Origin: the human T2T-CHM13v2.0 reference genome, Homo sapiens
Assembly (NCBI RefSeq): GCF_009914755.1
Contig: NC_060931.1
Direction: 5' to 3' (one strand)
Length of the DNA stretch: 64,000 nt
Shown one piece after another: positions 1-13,677 of this stretch. The translations under genes and the position numbers were made by a program. The stretch's first letter is position 1, and the number at the start of each line of letters is the position of its first letter. A model generated the notes under the pieces. The model made no database searches, was not told the origin of the DNA, and saw only the letters and a list, made by a program, of their open reading frames with translations.

Positions 1-3000
1 TTACCCTATTGAAAATTCTGGATAACAAGATTTATGCCATAGTTTGATTGGCAATGGCTTACATTTTAACTGTTGACTTCTTTGCATTTAAGAGATGTTA
101 GGCATGATTTTACATCAGCACACTAGTTAGGAAACGAAAGGAAAAGGGACTAGTAAAAGAGTCCAAAAGAGAGGGGTATGAGAAAAGGAGCTTTACCTAC
201 TCCAAGAGGGGTACAGCTTCAAGTTGATAGGATTAATCAACATTGTCACACATAGTTCTGGGGAGTTCATAGTGAGATAAAGACTATGGACTTGGATGTA
301 TTTTAATGAAGCAGGTTGTAGTGGGGATTCTTTTGTTCTTTTGTCTGATGGGAATACAAGCTCCAGAGACAGTCCTACTCTTTCCTTCTAATCTGGGCTC
401 CATCTTACATGTCATCTTTTTTGTCCCAAAGTTTTTCACCTGTAAAAAGAACTAATGTTAGTACCAAGCTCAGCAGGTGCTGCAATGATTACATGTGTAA
501 GTATATACAAAGCAGTTAGAATAGTGTCTGGTGCATATAAAGTGCTCAATAAAATTATTATTTAAAGTCAGATAAATCTTCTGTCATATTCAGGACTTCT
601 GACAGGTTTATGTCCATCACGCAATTATCTTTCAATAGTACAGATATAATTATATGATTCTCCCCATCACCTGCCAAATGAAAAAAAAAAAAGGGCTCTT
701 TAGCTTGGCATATAATGGCTTTAATGAGCTGGCCCACCTATCCTGTTTCATTCCTCATGATTACCTTCCCCCTGCCTGCTGCTATACCAGCCTTTTCAAA
801 AGCAGGTCTCTCTGATTCTGTTTATAATCCTGCCTGAATAGCAGACTATGCACCTTCTTCAAGTGAAGCCTTCTTTCCTGACTCTTCTTTTCTGCAGGCC
901 AGAGCACATCCCTTGCTTTCATACACTGTCCCTGTCCCTCTCTCTTTGTTGCAGTGCAGCAGCATAACAGGTTGCATGTCTCACTCATCTTCCCTTGTTC
1001 AGAATGTAGTACCTCATGTGTGCTCAGGAAGTGTGTATGGCATGAATGGACAAAGCTACGTGGATTGAGCTTTTGTTTTACAAATGGAGAAATAAAGAGA
1101 CGTAGTCATTTGCCTAGAGTCACAAAGTAAGCAGAAGACTGGAAACTTGGACCTGGGTTTTGACTCCTAGGGCCCTGGCCAGAGAATTTCTGTGGCCACA
1201 TCTGATTTTTTGTTTGTTTGTTTTTGTGTTGTTTAAGTGATGTGGGAAATAATATAAGATATAAAGCTGTTAGGCTTTGAGTTCTTGTGTAAATATAAAA
1301 ACTTCTGGTTCCAAAGCCTTGTGTATGGTCTTCTTAGCCTTTATGCATGTCTTCTTAGGAAATTTGTAAGAGCAGTCATTTCTGGAAAGTGGAATTGCAA
1401 GTGCCCTTTATTTTCATCTGTTTGCTTGTCCAGCATCTTCTAGTTTTTCTAGACTAAACATATATTTGTTTTATAATCAGGTGTGGGAAAAGGGAGCTTA
1501 AATGTCTAAATTAATTTTTATTCCAGGATTATTAAGAGATTGTTTTTGCATCATGGAATGTCTTCTGCCTTTTGATATTTCCTCATTTTATAATGGTCCT
1601 TTTATGTATCTGAGGGGCCTGTGTCTGGGCCTATTTCTACTTCACTGTACCAGGTGAACTTCTTTACCAAGCAATAAAGTCAGAAATGGTATATTAATCA
1701 CCTATGTCCTTAAGGAGTGATAATAAATAGTAATTAGTGTGAAAATATATTCTCTTAGGAAAACGGTCATATTATACATTTGCATTTTATCTGGACTTCA
1801 TCTAGCCAGGATTCCACTGAGGGCACTTAAAGGATCACACAACTTGATTTTCTTCTCTGCTGTGACACAATAGCCTCACTTTGCATTCGTTTCACAATCT
1901 GGGATCATTATCCAAGCTCAGTAAGAATCAATTTCTCATAGATGATTGCCTGAATCACTGCCAGCTCAGCCACATTTTTTACATCATTTACCAGGAAGTA
2001 TAGTTTTTAAAAAGTCAGAACAATTGTGCAGGTAACCCAGAACCTGAATATGCCCTCAAAATATTCTTCAGAGGGGTCACCCACCCCTGAAACTCAAAGT
2101 CTTCTGCAAATTGATTGACAATGTTACTGACCTGTAAATCAAAGGATTCCCCATTTCAATTCACCATTTTCTAAGTGAGTCTCTATTGACATGAAAGAGT
2201 TCATTCTCTTTTGAAAGAAAAGTTCATCTTTAGAGAGCAGCCTCAATTGTTTGCTTTTTAGCAGAATAATTACATCTTTAATTTCTGTGGAGATAATGAA
2301 GAAAGCCAGTTTAGGATATATTTATGAGGTTTCAGAGTATATTTGGGGAGAAAATTCTATAACTTTTAAATATGATTCTTTAGCTTCAAAACGTACATGT
2401 TTAGGTAAATTGCAATAACTGTTTTACTTTCATTTATGGTGATTGCTTGTTCATGCTTGAGCACAAGAGAGAAAGCTTGATTTAAAACGTAAGTCTCATT
2501 GATGAGTTTTTATGCCACCATCATTTTAAAAAGTAAATTTAGTAGAAAGCTAATTTTGGCATATAATGCAAATTCCTCTACTTTATCTGGCCTTCATTTA
2601 ATGATTTTGGAGTTATCACTGCAAGGTGTTTATATAGATTAGATACCACAGAGATCTAAGGAACTATATTTATTTGATCCTAATTAATATTTGGCCTTAA
2701 ATAGATAGTCACACCACTTTCCAATTTCCTAATTTTAAGCAATTAAACAGCTAGCAGCTGTTGGCCAGATAAATATTAAACTTTGCCAAGTAGATATATG
2801 CAAGTTTTTTAACCATATTTGGACTATATTAGAATAGATTACAAAATGTGTTGACATCATATACTTTAGAAGATTGTATGTTACAGGTTCATACTGAACA
2901 ATTATTTATTATCTGTTTGGTATTGTTAAAACTCATGCTAAAATATCATGGATAGTTGTATACTATCTATGCATGCCGGCTCATAGTATGTGAAGACACA

Positions 3001-3162
3001 TCAAATAAAAACTCCTATGACTATCTTTACAAGCGTGCTTTGTATTTAAATAACATTAAAGATAATTAAATATTGTGTTAGTGAGGAACTTTATTTCCTT
3101 ATTTGGAATATTCTTAAACTTTTACAGTATGTTCTTTTTTTGACAGTGAAATTGTCAAATGA

Positions 3163-3524
<362 letters not shown>

Positions 3525-3530
3525 TTAAAG

Positions 3531-3710
3531 CAGTGGTTCCTAAATTTTAGAGACCATCAGAATTACCTGGAGGGCTTACTGAAAAAAGATTACTGGTCCT
3601 GATTTTCAGAGTTTCTGATTCAGTAAATCTGAGATAGAAGCCACAAATTTAATGTCTAACAAATTCTCAGGTGTTCCTGATACTGCAGATCTGAGGAGCC
3701 AAACGTTGCA
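3531..3710. mobile_element. MER5A (hAT-Charlie) MITE relic
   Basis: cagtggttcctaaatttt..catcagaattacctggagggctt..agagtttctgattcagta..tctaacaaattctcaggtg. Confidence 0.7.
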
Positions 3711-4525
3711 GTGTCTAGACTCTAGGTCAATCTCAGCTTATGTTATCTTAATTTGGGGAATGAATGAATGATGGAGTGAAGAAGAGAAAGCACATGCATG
3801 AATATATTTATTTGTGTAAAAGTGCTTCAGCTCTCTGGATGAGGTATATTGACATTTAAAAAGTAGCAGTATTGCCTCAGTGTAACATGTAACAACATTG
3901 AAAATGCTATTTTCAAAAGCTGCTATCTGCATCAATAGAGATGAGTTAAGTTTTTGGACAATTTTTAATGCAACTTGCATTAATTTCCCCATCTGGATGG
4001 GGCCTCTTTACCTACATAGGGAAATTCCTGGCCTAGGTGGATCCAGCAAATCCTTCATTACTGAATCTGGCTGTAAGTTATCTTTACCTTACACTACTCT
4101 TGACACATTTATCCCTAGCAATTTCCAAGGAAATTTCCTTTTTTATAATCTTTGTATTTACCTGACTCCAGAAGATCCTGGGTCCTGAAAATATTAAGAT
4201 TGTGTTTTTCATTCTTATATATATATTTTTAAGTTTTTAAAGCCTGGTAGTAGAGTCCTTTTAAATTGTGTTGTTAATAATCCTAATAATAATAATTTCC
4301 TTCTAATATTTTTGGCTGTTGGTAATGTAATTTATGGGTATATCCAAAATTTTTAAAATAGGATCTGAATATTTCTGGATTTCTATTCAGTAAAAGTTGT
4401 TATTCATTCTTTGCTTCAGTAGCTGTTTGGAGTTAAACAACTCATGTAATTGTCACTTTTCAAGTCAATAATGTAAACCCCACAGGACAAATTATTTTAG
4501 TGCCATACTTACAGATTACATTTTT

Positions 4526-4865
<340 letters not shown>

Positions 4866-6399
4866 TAACCCTGGGGAGTATGTTTGAAAGTTTTAATAGT
4901 TGTCCAAAAAAATGTTATCTGTCAGTTCCCATTACTCTAGCAGAGGATTTATTTGAAAATCTCATAATGAATGGTAGAGCCTGCATTTGTTGTGTAATAA
5001 TTTCATTCACTTATTCATATATTCAACACATCTTAATTAAGCACTCCTATCTGCCAGCAGAAAATAAAAAAGACTAAGTGCCCCAGATGGAGCTTGAATT
5101 CTAAAATAACAGAGAACAAATATCTATAGGTAAAGGAAATGACTCACAGTGACACATTAAACTATACTGTGTAAGATGCAGTCTCATTCATGAATATTGA
5201 GTACAGTCATTTTAGACTATTATTCTCTGGAGATATTCTAGAATTATAGAGATTAAAACCATTGATACATGTAGATCAACAGCTACTAAATTTTGAAGAT
5301 CAAGCCATTGTCTTTTTTTAAGTAGGTAATTTTTTTGGTACATTTTCAAAGTTGTAAGTTTTGCAAATTCATTTTTTTATTTTTCATTTCCTCAGACTCA
5401 ATATTCCCCCTTGGCTTAGGAGGATTCACAGTATACCTCCAGGTTACATGAGTAGCTCCAATCAAGCCATGCCTAATAATGAGCTAGTTCATGTGGGGAA
5501 CTCCTGAAAAATGACTGAGCTCATCCCAGTTCTCACAGATATTTGCAACCAGTCATACCTACTTCTCCTTTAAATTCTGTACCTCTTCTTATACACACCC
5601 TAGAGACAGTGTGCCAAGCATAACATCTTAATCTATGCCCAATGCAAGAAGGAATTCTCTCTCTTTTTAAAGCCATGGAAAACTCCTCGTAGTTTAAAGA
5701 CAGCCTCTTCTCCACCTCCCTAGGAAGAATGTTAGACTTAGTGATGGGGTAATTTTCTCAAAAGTTTGTAAAAAAGCAGCTTGTCATTTTGGTCATATTA
5801 TTACCATTAAGTACAGGAAGTTACCTTCAGAGTAGAATTCAGTAGGCACCATTCCCTAAGTGTAAATCTCCTTCACTCATTAAAAGTTCTGCACCACACC
5901 CACACTGTATATAGTATTGGAAGTTGCTCAGGAGTCTTGGCTGCTAGTAAGAGAAGCCTGAGAAGTACTCATGCTCTGATCTGAGTGGGAAATAGTTGTT
6001 CAGTGCTCTTGAAATTGAAACAAGAATTTTCTTTCAACCAGAGAAATGGGAAAGGATTTAGTGATTGCCTGTAAAAACCTAAGGAACTGTTCAACTATAT
6101 AGAGCCACTGTTTGGCCGCATGGAGGATCTTAACACATCCCTAGGTATTCCTGTATGTGGTAATAACCACAGACATGGGAACAGCTTTTGAATCCTAAGA
6201 CCTGTACCCCAGTGAATATAATGAGAGAGAATATAAGTCAGAGAGGGAATTCAAATTGTTCCTCTGGGAGCCTGAGAAATGTAAAAAACTGGTTTACTCC
6301 CTATACTAATCCTAAAAACAGTTGTCATCACTCTTAATTCATTTCCTGGAAAAGAGACAACTGACAACAAAGTAGCGAGAAGGTCCCATAGAGCTCCAA

Positions 6400-7142
6400 T
6401 AAACAGTGGTAGTAATATTTTGTATCCTGTTGAACAAAATAGGAAACCTTGAGTTCAAATTAATATAAATTGAGAATTGAAAAAAATAAATTTAATGAAG
6501 AATGAGATATTGCTATAACTTCAAAATACCTCCCCTCAAAATACTTTCTAATTACAAGACAGAGAATAATATTGCAGTGGAAAGCCTGACAGATACTTTA
6601 ATCAAGTGATCAAAGTAAACGTCAGCAAAAATTACCTTTACAGAGATCCTGTACCACTGACTAAGATACAGTGAGAAGAAAAGAGCATATTTTTTGTGAC
6701 GTTTCTAATAAAAATGCATAACCTGAAGAGACATCAGACAAACTCAAATTGAGGGACATTCTATAAAATAACTGTAGTCTTCAAAAGGATTGAGATTACG
6801 AAAGTCGAGAAGAGATGGAGGAACTGTGTCAGATTGAACGAGAGAGGACAAGTAAAGGCAACATGTGTTACTGAATGGAAACTTATTCCCTAAAGGTTAT
6901 TATATTGGCAATATCTGAACGAAGCATAAGGACTCCATGGTACTAATGTTATCAATGTTAATTTCCTTATTTTGAAGAGTATATTGTGATTATATAGGAA
7001 AATATTCTTGTCCTTAAGAAGCTCAGGCTGAAGTACTCAGTGTCAGTGGGATGTTGGCACTATTCACTCCAGTGGTTCAAGAAAAAAAAGTCTGTTCTGT
7101 ACTTGAACCTTTTCTCTAAGTTTAAAATTATAAAAAAAAAAA
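6400..7142 (+). mobile_element. Ancient L1MC/ME 3' end fragment
   Basis: aaatgcataacctga..acatcagacaaactcaaattgagggacattctataaaataact; atcaatgttaatttcc; A-rich end. Boundaries approximate. Confidence 0.6.
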
Positions 7143-7994
7143 AGATATACAACAATTACTTAATAGGACTTGCATTTTAAAAGAGAAGTACAAGTTGAAG
7201 AAGGTTAAAATGAAGCCTTTTAATATTTAACTCCATAGTCCTATGTGTTGCTCTGCTATGCTGACGATGCATGAAAATTTTAATTGCTTAATAAGAAAGA
7301 AAGGGAAAGATAATATCATAGAGCTCACAAATATGAGCCTACCAAAGCAGAAATTAGATTATACTAGTTTCAACTATTGAATTACCCTGTAGTTTAAATT
7401 GAAAAACAAAGATAAATCAATTAGTAATTCTATATCCAGTTTAATGATTTTTCCATAAAAATTATTTGGCTTATAAAACAATACAAAAGTCTAAGAAATA
7501 TATCATTTAATATGGGCTTCCCTTTATTCATGTCTGCCAGCGGTTCTAACTAAAATAAATGGAAGCAGGATGTTGCACTGAGGATTTGCTTTGTAGCTCT
7601 TTACCAGTTTATTAGCCTCTATTTGAAGATTTTTTTTTTATGAGGCCAAATCCAGACTAAATTAAATAGATCTGGCATGGTAACATATCATTTTGGGTTC
7701 TAAATAAGTGATTCCTTTTAATGTGCATACTGAAATTTTCTCACATGACAAACTGGGACACATGAAATGGAATTTCACGCACTATTGAACTGAATTCTCG
7801 GTAGCTGCTGTGAAATGTTTGGGGAGTTTTAGTGGATTTATCCATTTTAGTGACCATATTTCCCCTCACATTTGTGAAATGCATTTTGCTGTTATTTTAG
7901 TTATTCTGAAAATGTGAATTCATTTACCTGCCTGTTCAGAGAACAGGCATGAGAGCTAAGGGAAATGATGATAAGCACAATAACAACAACAAAT

Positions 7995-8077
7995 ACAGGT
8001 GATATTCACTAATTTATTCATTCAATACTAACTACAGGGACTAATATTGAATGAATAAATTGGTGAGTATCACCTGT
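7995..8077. repeat. 33-bp inverted repeat with 17-nt spacer
   Basis: Arms 7995-8027 and 8045-8077; 31/33 Watson-Crick pairs, the other two U-G in the + strand RNA. Confidence 0.95.
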
Positions 8078-8207
8078 CTGTTAACAGAACAGGTAAGTAA
8101 GTACCTGCTCTAATTAAGCTTACATTCTATTAGAAAGAAAAAGACCAAAAAAAGCAAATAAATAAATAATTGCAGAGTATGATAGCTATTGTGAAAAGAA
8201 TAAACCT

Positions 8208-8345
8208 GGCCAAACATGGTGGCTCATGCCTGTTATCCTAGCGCTCTGGGAGGCTGAGGCAGCGGGATCTCTTGAGCCCAGTAGTTCAAGACTAGCCTGG
8301 GCAATGCAGTGAAACCCCATGTCTATTTTAGAAATATAAATAAAT
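8208..8345 (+). mobile_element. FLAM (Alu left monomer)
   Basis: Monomer with A-rich tail; TSD aagaataaac. Confidence 0.8.
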
Positions 8346-8787
8346 AAGAATAAACATGTTGATATGATAGACAATAGCTTAGCAAAGGTGGGGAGGACCT
8401 TTCCAAATGGGAGACATTTCATCTGAGGTATGAAGAAAGAAAAGTAGCCATCTGGTGACAAGTAGAGGATGAATGTTTCAGGCAAGGGCAGGGAAAGTGC
8501 GAAGGCACTGAGATAAGAAAAGTGGCTGCTTATGGAAGAGAAAGCAGAGTGTGATAAAATGGAGAGTCCAGCAGCCATTATTTTGTTATTTAAACCTCAC
8601 AGTGATGCTGTGAGGTTGGTCCTCATACAATCCATTTTTTTTTTTTTTTAGGTAATATTCCTGAGGAATAGAGAAGTGAAGAGACTTACTCAAGGTTATT
8701 TGTTGATAAATGGTAGAGACAGTGTTTTCACCCAGAAAGTGTGACTTCAGAACCCATGCATTCTGAACATTATATAGTGTTACTTCC

Positions 8788-9253
8788 TGTGAACCCTAAA
8801 AATGTGAGACAGGTCTCAGTTAATTTAAAAAGTTTATCTTGCCAGGGTTGAGGATGCAAGCCCATAACACAGCCTCAGGAGGTCCCGATGTGCCCAAGGT
8901 GGTCAGAGCACAGTCTGGCTTTATACATTCTAGGGAGACATAGGACATCAGTCAACACACACAAGATGAACATTGGTTCTGTCTGGAAAGGTGGGACAAC
9001 TCGAAGCAAAGGTGGGAAGACTGGAAGCAAGGAGGGGGCTTCTAGGTCATAGGTAGAAAAGAGACAAATGGCTGCATTATTGTGAGTTTCTTATTAGCCT
9101 CCCCAAAGGAGACAATCAGATATGCATTTATCTCAGTGAGCAGAGGGGTGACTTTAATTAGAAGGGGAGGTAGGTTGGCCCTAAGCAGTTCCCAGCTTGA
9201 CTTTTCCCTTTAGTTTAGTGATTTGGGGGCCCCAAGTTTTTTTTCCTTTCACA
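8788..9253 (-). mobile_element. ERV1 solo LTR, MER4A-like
   Basis: TG...CA termini. Characteristic cccaaggtggtcagagcacag..tatacatt.tagggagacat and ccctaagcagttcccagcttgacttttccctttag blocks. Confidence 0.8.
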
Positions 9254-9849
9254 TTTCCCAAAGAAAGTACCACGCACATATGAATTACTGTTGTTATAAT
9301 GATAAAGTTGAAGGCATGTTTTATAGCCTAGAAAACTCATCTATATTATCATATTTTGCTCCATTCAAAATACTGTGCCCAACTCTAGGTGCTAAACTTT
9401 AAAAAGATTATGGACAAATCGGAGAGTATTTGGCAGAAGGCCCCTTGATTGGTAGAATCTTGACATATGAGGAGCAGTTTTGACTGTATCATGAAAAAGA
9501 TAAGGCTCAGGAAACTACAAGGTGGTCAGAGCACAGTTTGGCTTTATACATTCTAGGGAGACATGGGACATCAATGCCAGTATTGATATATTTATGGGGC
9601 CTTCATATGGAAAAATAACTAAGCATTTTGGATGGCCCCCAGTAGGTACAATTTGGAGAGAAATATAAAAGCTACAGAAACCTACTTTGATAGAGGAAAT
9701 ATTTTTTTTCACATTGAAAAATCCAAAATTGGAATAAAGTATTCTGGGAGAGATAGAGACTCCAATATCAAAGGTATTTAAATATAAGTAGAAAAACCTG
9801 TTATTGAGAGTGTCCTATAGTGAATTCAAGCAATAATGGGTAATTGAAC

Positions 9850-10208
9850 TGTATTAGCCCATTTTCATGCTGCTGATAAAGACATACCCGCGACTAAGCA
9901 ATTTACAAACGAAAGAGGTTTAATTGGACTTACAGTTCCACATGGCTGGGGAAGCCTCACAATTATGGCGGAAGGCAAGGATGACCAAGTCACATCTTAC
10001 ATGGATGGTGGCAGGCAAAAAATGAGAGAGCTTGTGCAGGAGAATGCCTGCTTTTAAAACCATCAGGTCTCATGAGACTTATTCACTATCACTAGAACAG
10101 CATAGGAAAGACTTGCCCCCATGATTAAATTACCTGCCACCAGGTCTCTTCCACAACACATGGGAATTCAAGATGAGACTTGGGTGGGGACACAGACAAA
10201 CCATGTCA
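9850..10208 (-). mobile_element. THE1 (MaLR) solo LTR
   Basis: tgtattagcccattttcatgctgctgataaagacatacc...gtggggacacagacaaaccatgtca; near-TSD tgaac/ggaac. Confidence 0.88.
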
Positions 10209-11801
10209 GGAACTAATGTGGTTTTTCCCAATCCTGAAATTCTTTGATGGACAAGTTATCATCAGAAGACAGGATAATCAGAATTCAACATACTTGATTT
10301 GACAGAGCATGGAATAGAAACCTGATGCCAGATAGTGATAAAGAAGCAAAGTAAAATCCAAGATAGTAGGCTTGCAATGAAATACAGAAACTGCCATGTC
10401 TTCTCTAGTTATCAAGGGGACTGGTGATCTGGCTCAGACTAGAAAGCGGGAGTAGCCCTGCCCTGCCTTAGTAAGTATGTATGCAAATTTCTACACTGAA
10501 TATTATCTCCTCTTCAAAACCTATACTGAGACCCCAGGGAAGTGATCATGTGCACAATCCTTATTAGATTACCTGTAATTCTCGTTGCATTGATTTGTTT
10601 ATCTGTATGTCTTCTTCTTTTAGCCCTTAGTCTCACTGAAAGAAAATTCATATTTGTATTTTCAGACTTAGGAGTGTTACTAGAAAATATGTAATAACTA
10701 ATACAACAAGTAGCAGACTGTTGAATATCCAGGGAATAAGAGAAGTTCAAACAAAGTCAAATTTAGAAACAGAACGTATTTGTGGCCATAATTTATTTTC
10801 TAATTACCCATCAAAGTTATAGATATGTATGCTTTGAATATGGTATCAGAAGACTAAGTCATAAAATATAATTTTGATTTAGAAGATTATAAGATCCAAA
10901 TGAGTCAATACAAGGCATGAGGAATTATGATCAAATTAGATTTTAGATCTGGAAGATTTCTTCCATTTTATGTTCTAGAGTTCTACCAAGTGAAATCACA
11001 ATGAATTAATTGAGAATAAATGTTTTATTCCAAATCAGTTTGTCAGTTTTTATAGAGATATGATCTAGAATCAACTTATTTGAAACTTCCAAAATTTTAG
11101 TTCAATTTCTTAAACAAAGGATACTGCTGTCTTCTTGGAGCTGAGAGAGATACAACCTCATTGCTACTAGCATTACCTTTACCACAGAAGAAAAAATACT
11201 TTGTAATAATTTTTGATATTACTAGTATCACTTTTAAAAGTTTTATTTTGAGTAGTGAAAAAGAGTGATTTATTTGAAGAAATGTCCTAATATGACTCTG
11301 ATGTGAACACCTTTCAGAAGTGTGGTGTTTATTATTTGGTAGTGGCAAATGTGAAAACATAGGCATTGCATTCACTAAACTATAGCGAACAGAGAATTTG
11401 CTGACCTGTAAGTGCATTGTTGACTTTTACCTTGTCCTTAACTTTGACCCTTCCTCAGTATTAATGAGTTAAAAATGTCTCAAACAGGTGTCAGCTGGGG
11501 TTCTCAACCTTTCAAAGATGTGAGTTATGCTCAAAAGCCAGCCTGCCTCTTCATCTCCTCAAATTCCACTACCTGTAGAAGTCCTAAGCCCTCCTTAGAA
11601 TTTCTGTGACTTCTCAGGGGTTTTCACTTCTTAGTGCCTGCTTCACTTCCTTTGCCCCAGCTTCCTGATAAACCTTCTCTGTCCAGTTAAACAAAGGCAA
11701 GGAACCTCCTCATCCAAAAAGAGAAACTACTTAAATATACTGTTACTGAATAGACTGTTAGAGAATCTTCCCCTGGGCTGAAAAAGTAGACACAAGTTTA
11801 G

Positions 11802-12130
<329 letters not shown>

Positions 12131-12189
12131 TGAGTGTTTTTTTTTTTTGTTTGTTTTTGGTTTTTTTTAGCATAATAAAGACTTGAAGG

Positions 12190-12488
12190 TAGCTGGCACC
12201 TGTAATTCCAGTGCTTTGGGAGACCAAGACAGGAAGATTGCTTGAGGCCAGAAGTAGAAGACCATCCTGGGCAACATAGAGAGACTCTATATCTACAAAA
12301 GAATTTTAAAAATTAGCTAGGCGTGGTGGCACATGCCTGTAGTCTCAGCTACTTGGGAGACTGAGGCAGTAGAATCACTTGAGCCCAGGAGTTCAAGGCT
12401 TCAGTGAGCTACAGTCACTCCACTGCATTCCAGCCTGTGTGACAGAATGAGCACTGTCTCAAAAAAAAGAAAAGAAAAGAAAAGAAAA
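12190..12488 (+). mobile_element. AluJ
   Basis: Diverged dimer (cttgagcccaggagttcaaggct) with (GAAAA)n tail. Confidence 0.85.
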
Positions 12489-13636
12489 GTTTTGAAGAAT
12501 CAATTTATTAAAAATCAAATATAGTTGGCTTTCATAATGAGTTTAATAATTTACTTTGAGATTAATAATCCCTTGGCAATGACTCCTAACATTTTAGTTT
12601 AAAGCTTTTCTCTTAGCCTTTTTATGTATACATTTAAAGAGCAGAGGCACATGCTAATATAATGAACTATTGCAATGAGTCTATTTGCAATGTAAGCTGA
12701 TGATCAGCTTGTTTTAGCTGATTTATAAATTGCCATGTACCAGAATTACTTATACTAAAACACATAATTTAAACATCATCCTTAAGAAATGAGATAGAAA
12801 AAAGGAAAAGGGTCAGTATTCAGGCTTCTGCCCTGCTTATGAGTCTCTTGATTGACACTAATTAAAAAAAAAATAAGTGGAAATTCAGGAAAGAGGTTAG
12901 AGGCAGCAATAGGCAAGCTGTTTAATGTCACATTTGAAAAAATTATCTCTAATTCTTGAAGTCACTTTTAAGATTTTAAAAAGTCAAGCCATAAATTTGC
13001 TATCTTTAAATAGGAGTTTGGTTTAATTATCACTTAAGCACTTTTTTACTTTCTCATTTTAGGTCTTTAATTTGGGTATTAATTTTTCATCTATTTTATA
13101 TTTCACAGGTTGTATTGCTCTCATTAGACTGTTTGTTACAAATTGCTTGTGAAGAAATACATTTTAGGTGTCATAATTTTCCTCAAATGATATCTGTATG
13201 AGTGTCTATCAAACTTTCACTTGGTTTGAAAAGACAATGATGCAATAGTCAGACTGGGAAAAGGTAGATGAATGGAAAAGGCAAACAGGTCTTTATGAAA
13301 AACAATGCAGATGATCTCTGGTGTCACATAATGTTTATTATTATTCAGCTATGTACATACTTGAAAAGATCCATTGTCATTAAATTATTTTTTATGTCAG
13401 CCTTTATTATCACTTTGCAATACAAAGAAAGCAAGGTGAAGACTAACTTTTCTCTTGTACAGAATCATCAGGCTAAATTTTTGGCATTATTTCAGTCCTT
13501 GGAGACATCTGAGAGATTCCGGGATGCCAGTGGTGCCTCTCTGGCCACACTGACAACAAATAATTCACCTAAGGAATAGTTCACTTCAGCTATTTTTTGC
13601 TACTCATTGGTTGTCAGTGCCATTGAGGAGAGCTCA

Positions 13637-13677
13637 GTGTAGATCAAAGAAAACGGTGTAGATCAAAGAAAACGGTG
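13637..13677 (+). repeat. Perfect 19-bp tandem duplication containing the TCF/LEF motif AGATCAAAG
   Basis: gtgtagatcaaagaaaacg x2 followed by gtg. Confidence 0.95.

Noticed and set aside
8446-8460. CTCF-like gccatctggtgaca
   Set aside because: Breaks the conserved CC of the core and lies in an L2-like relic; much weaker than the 54614 site.
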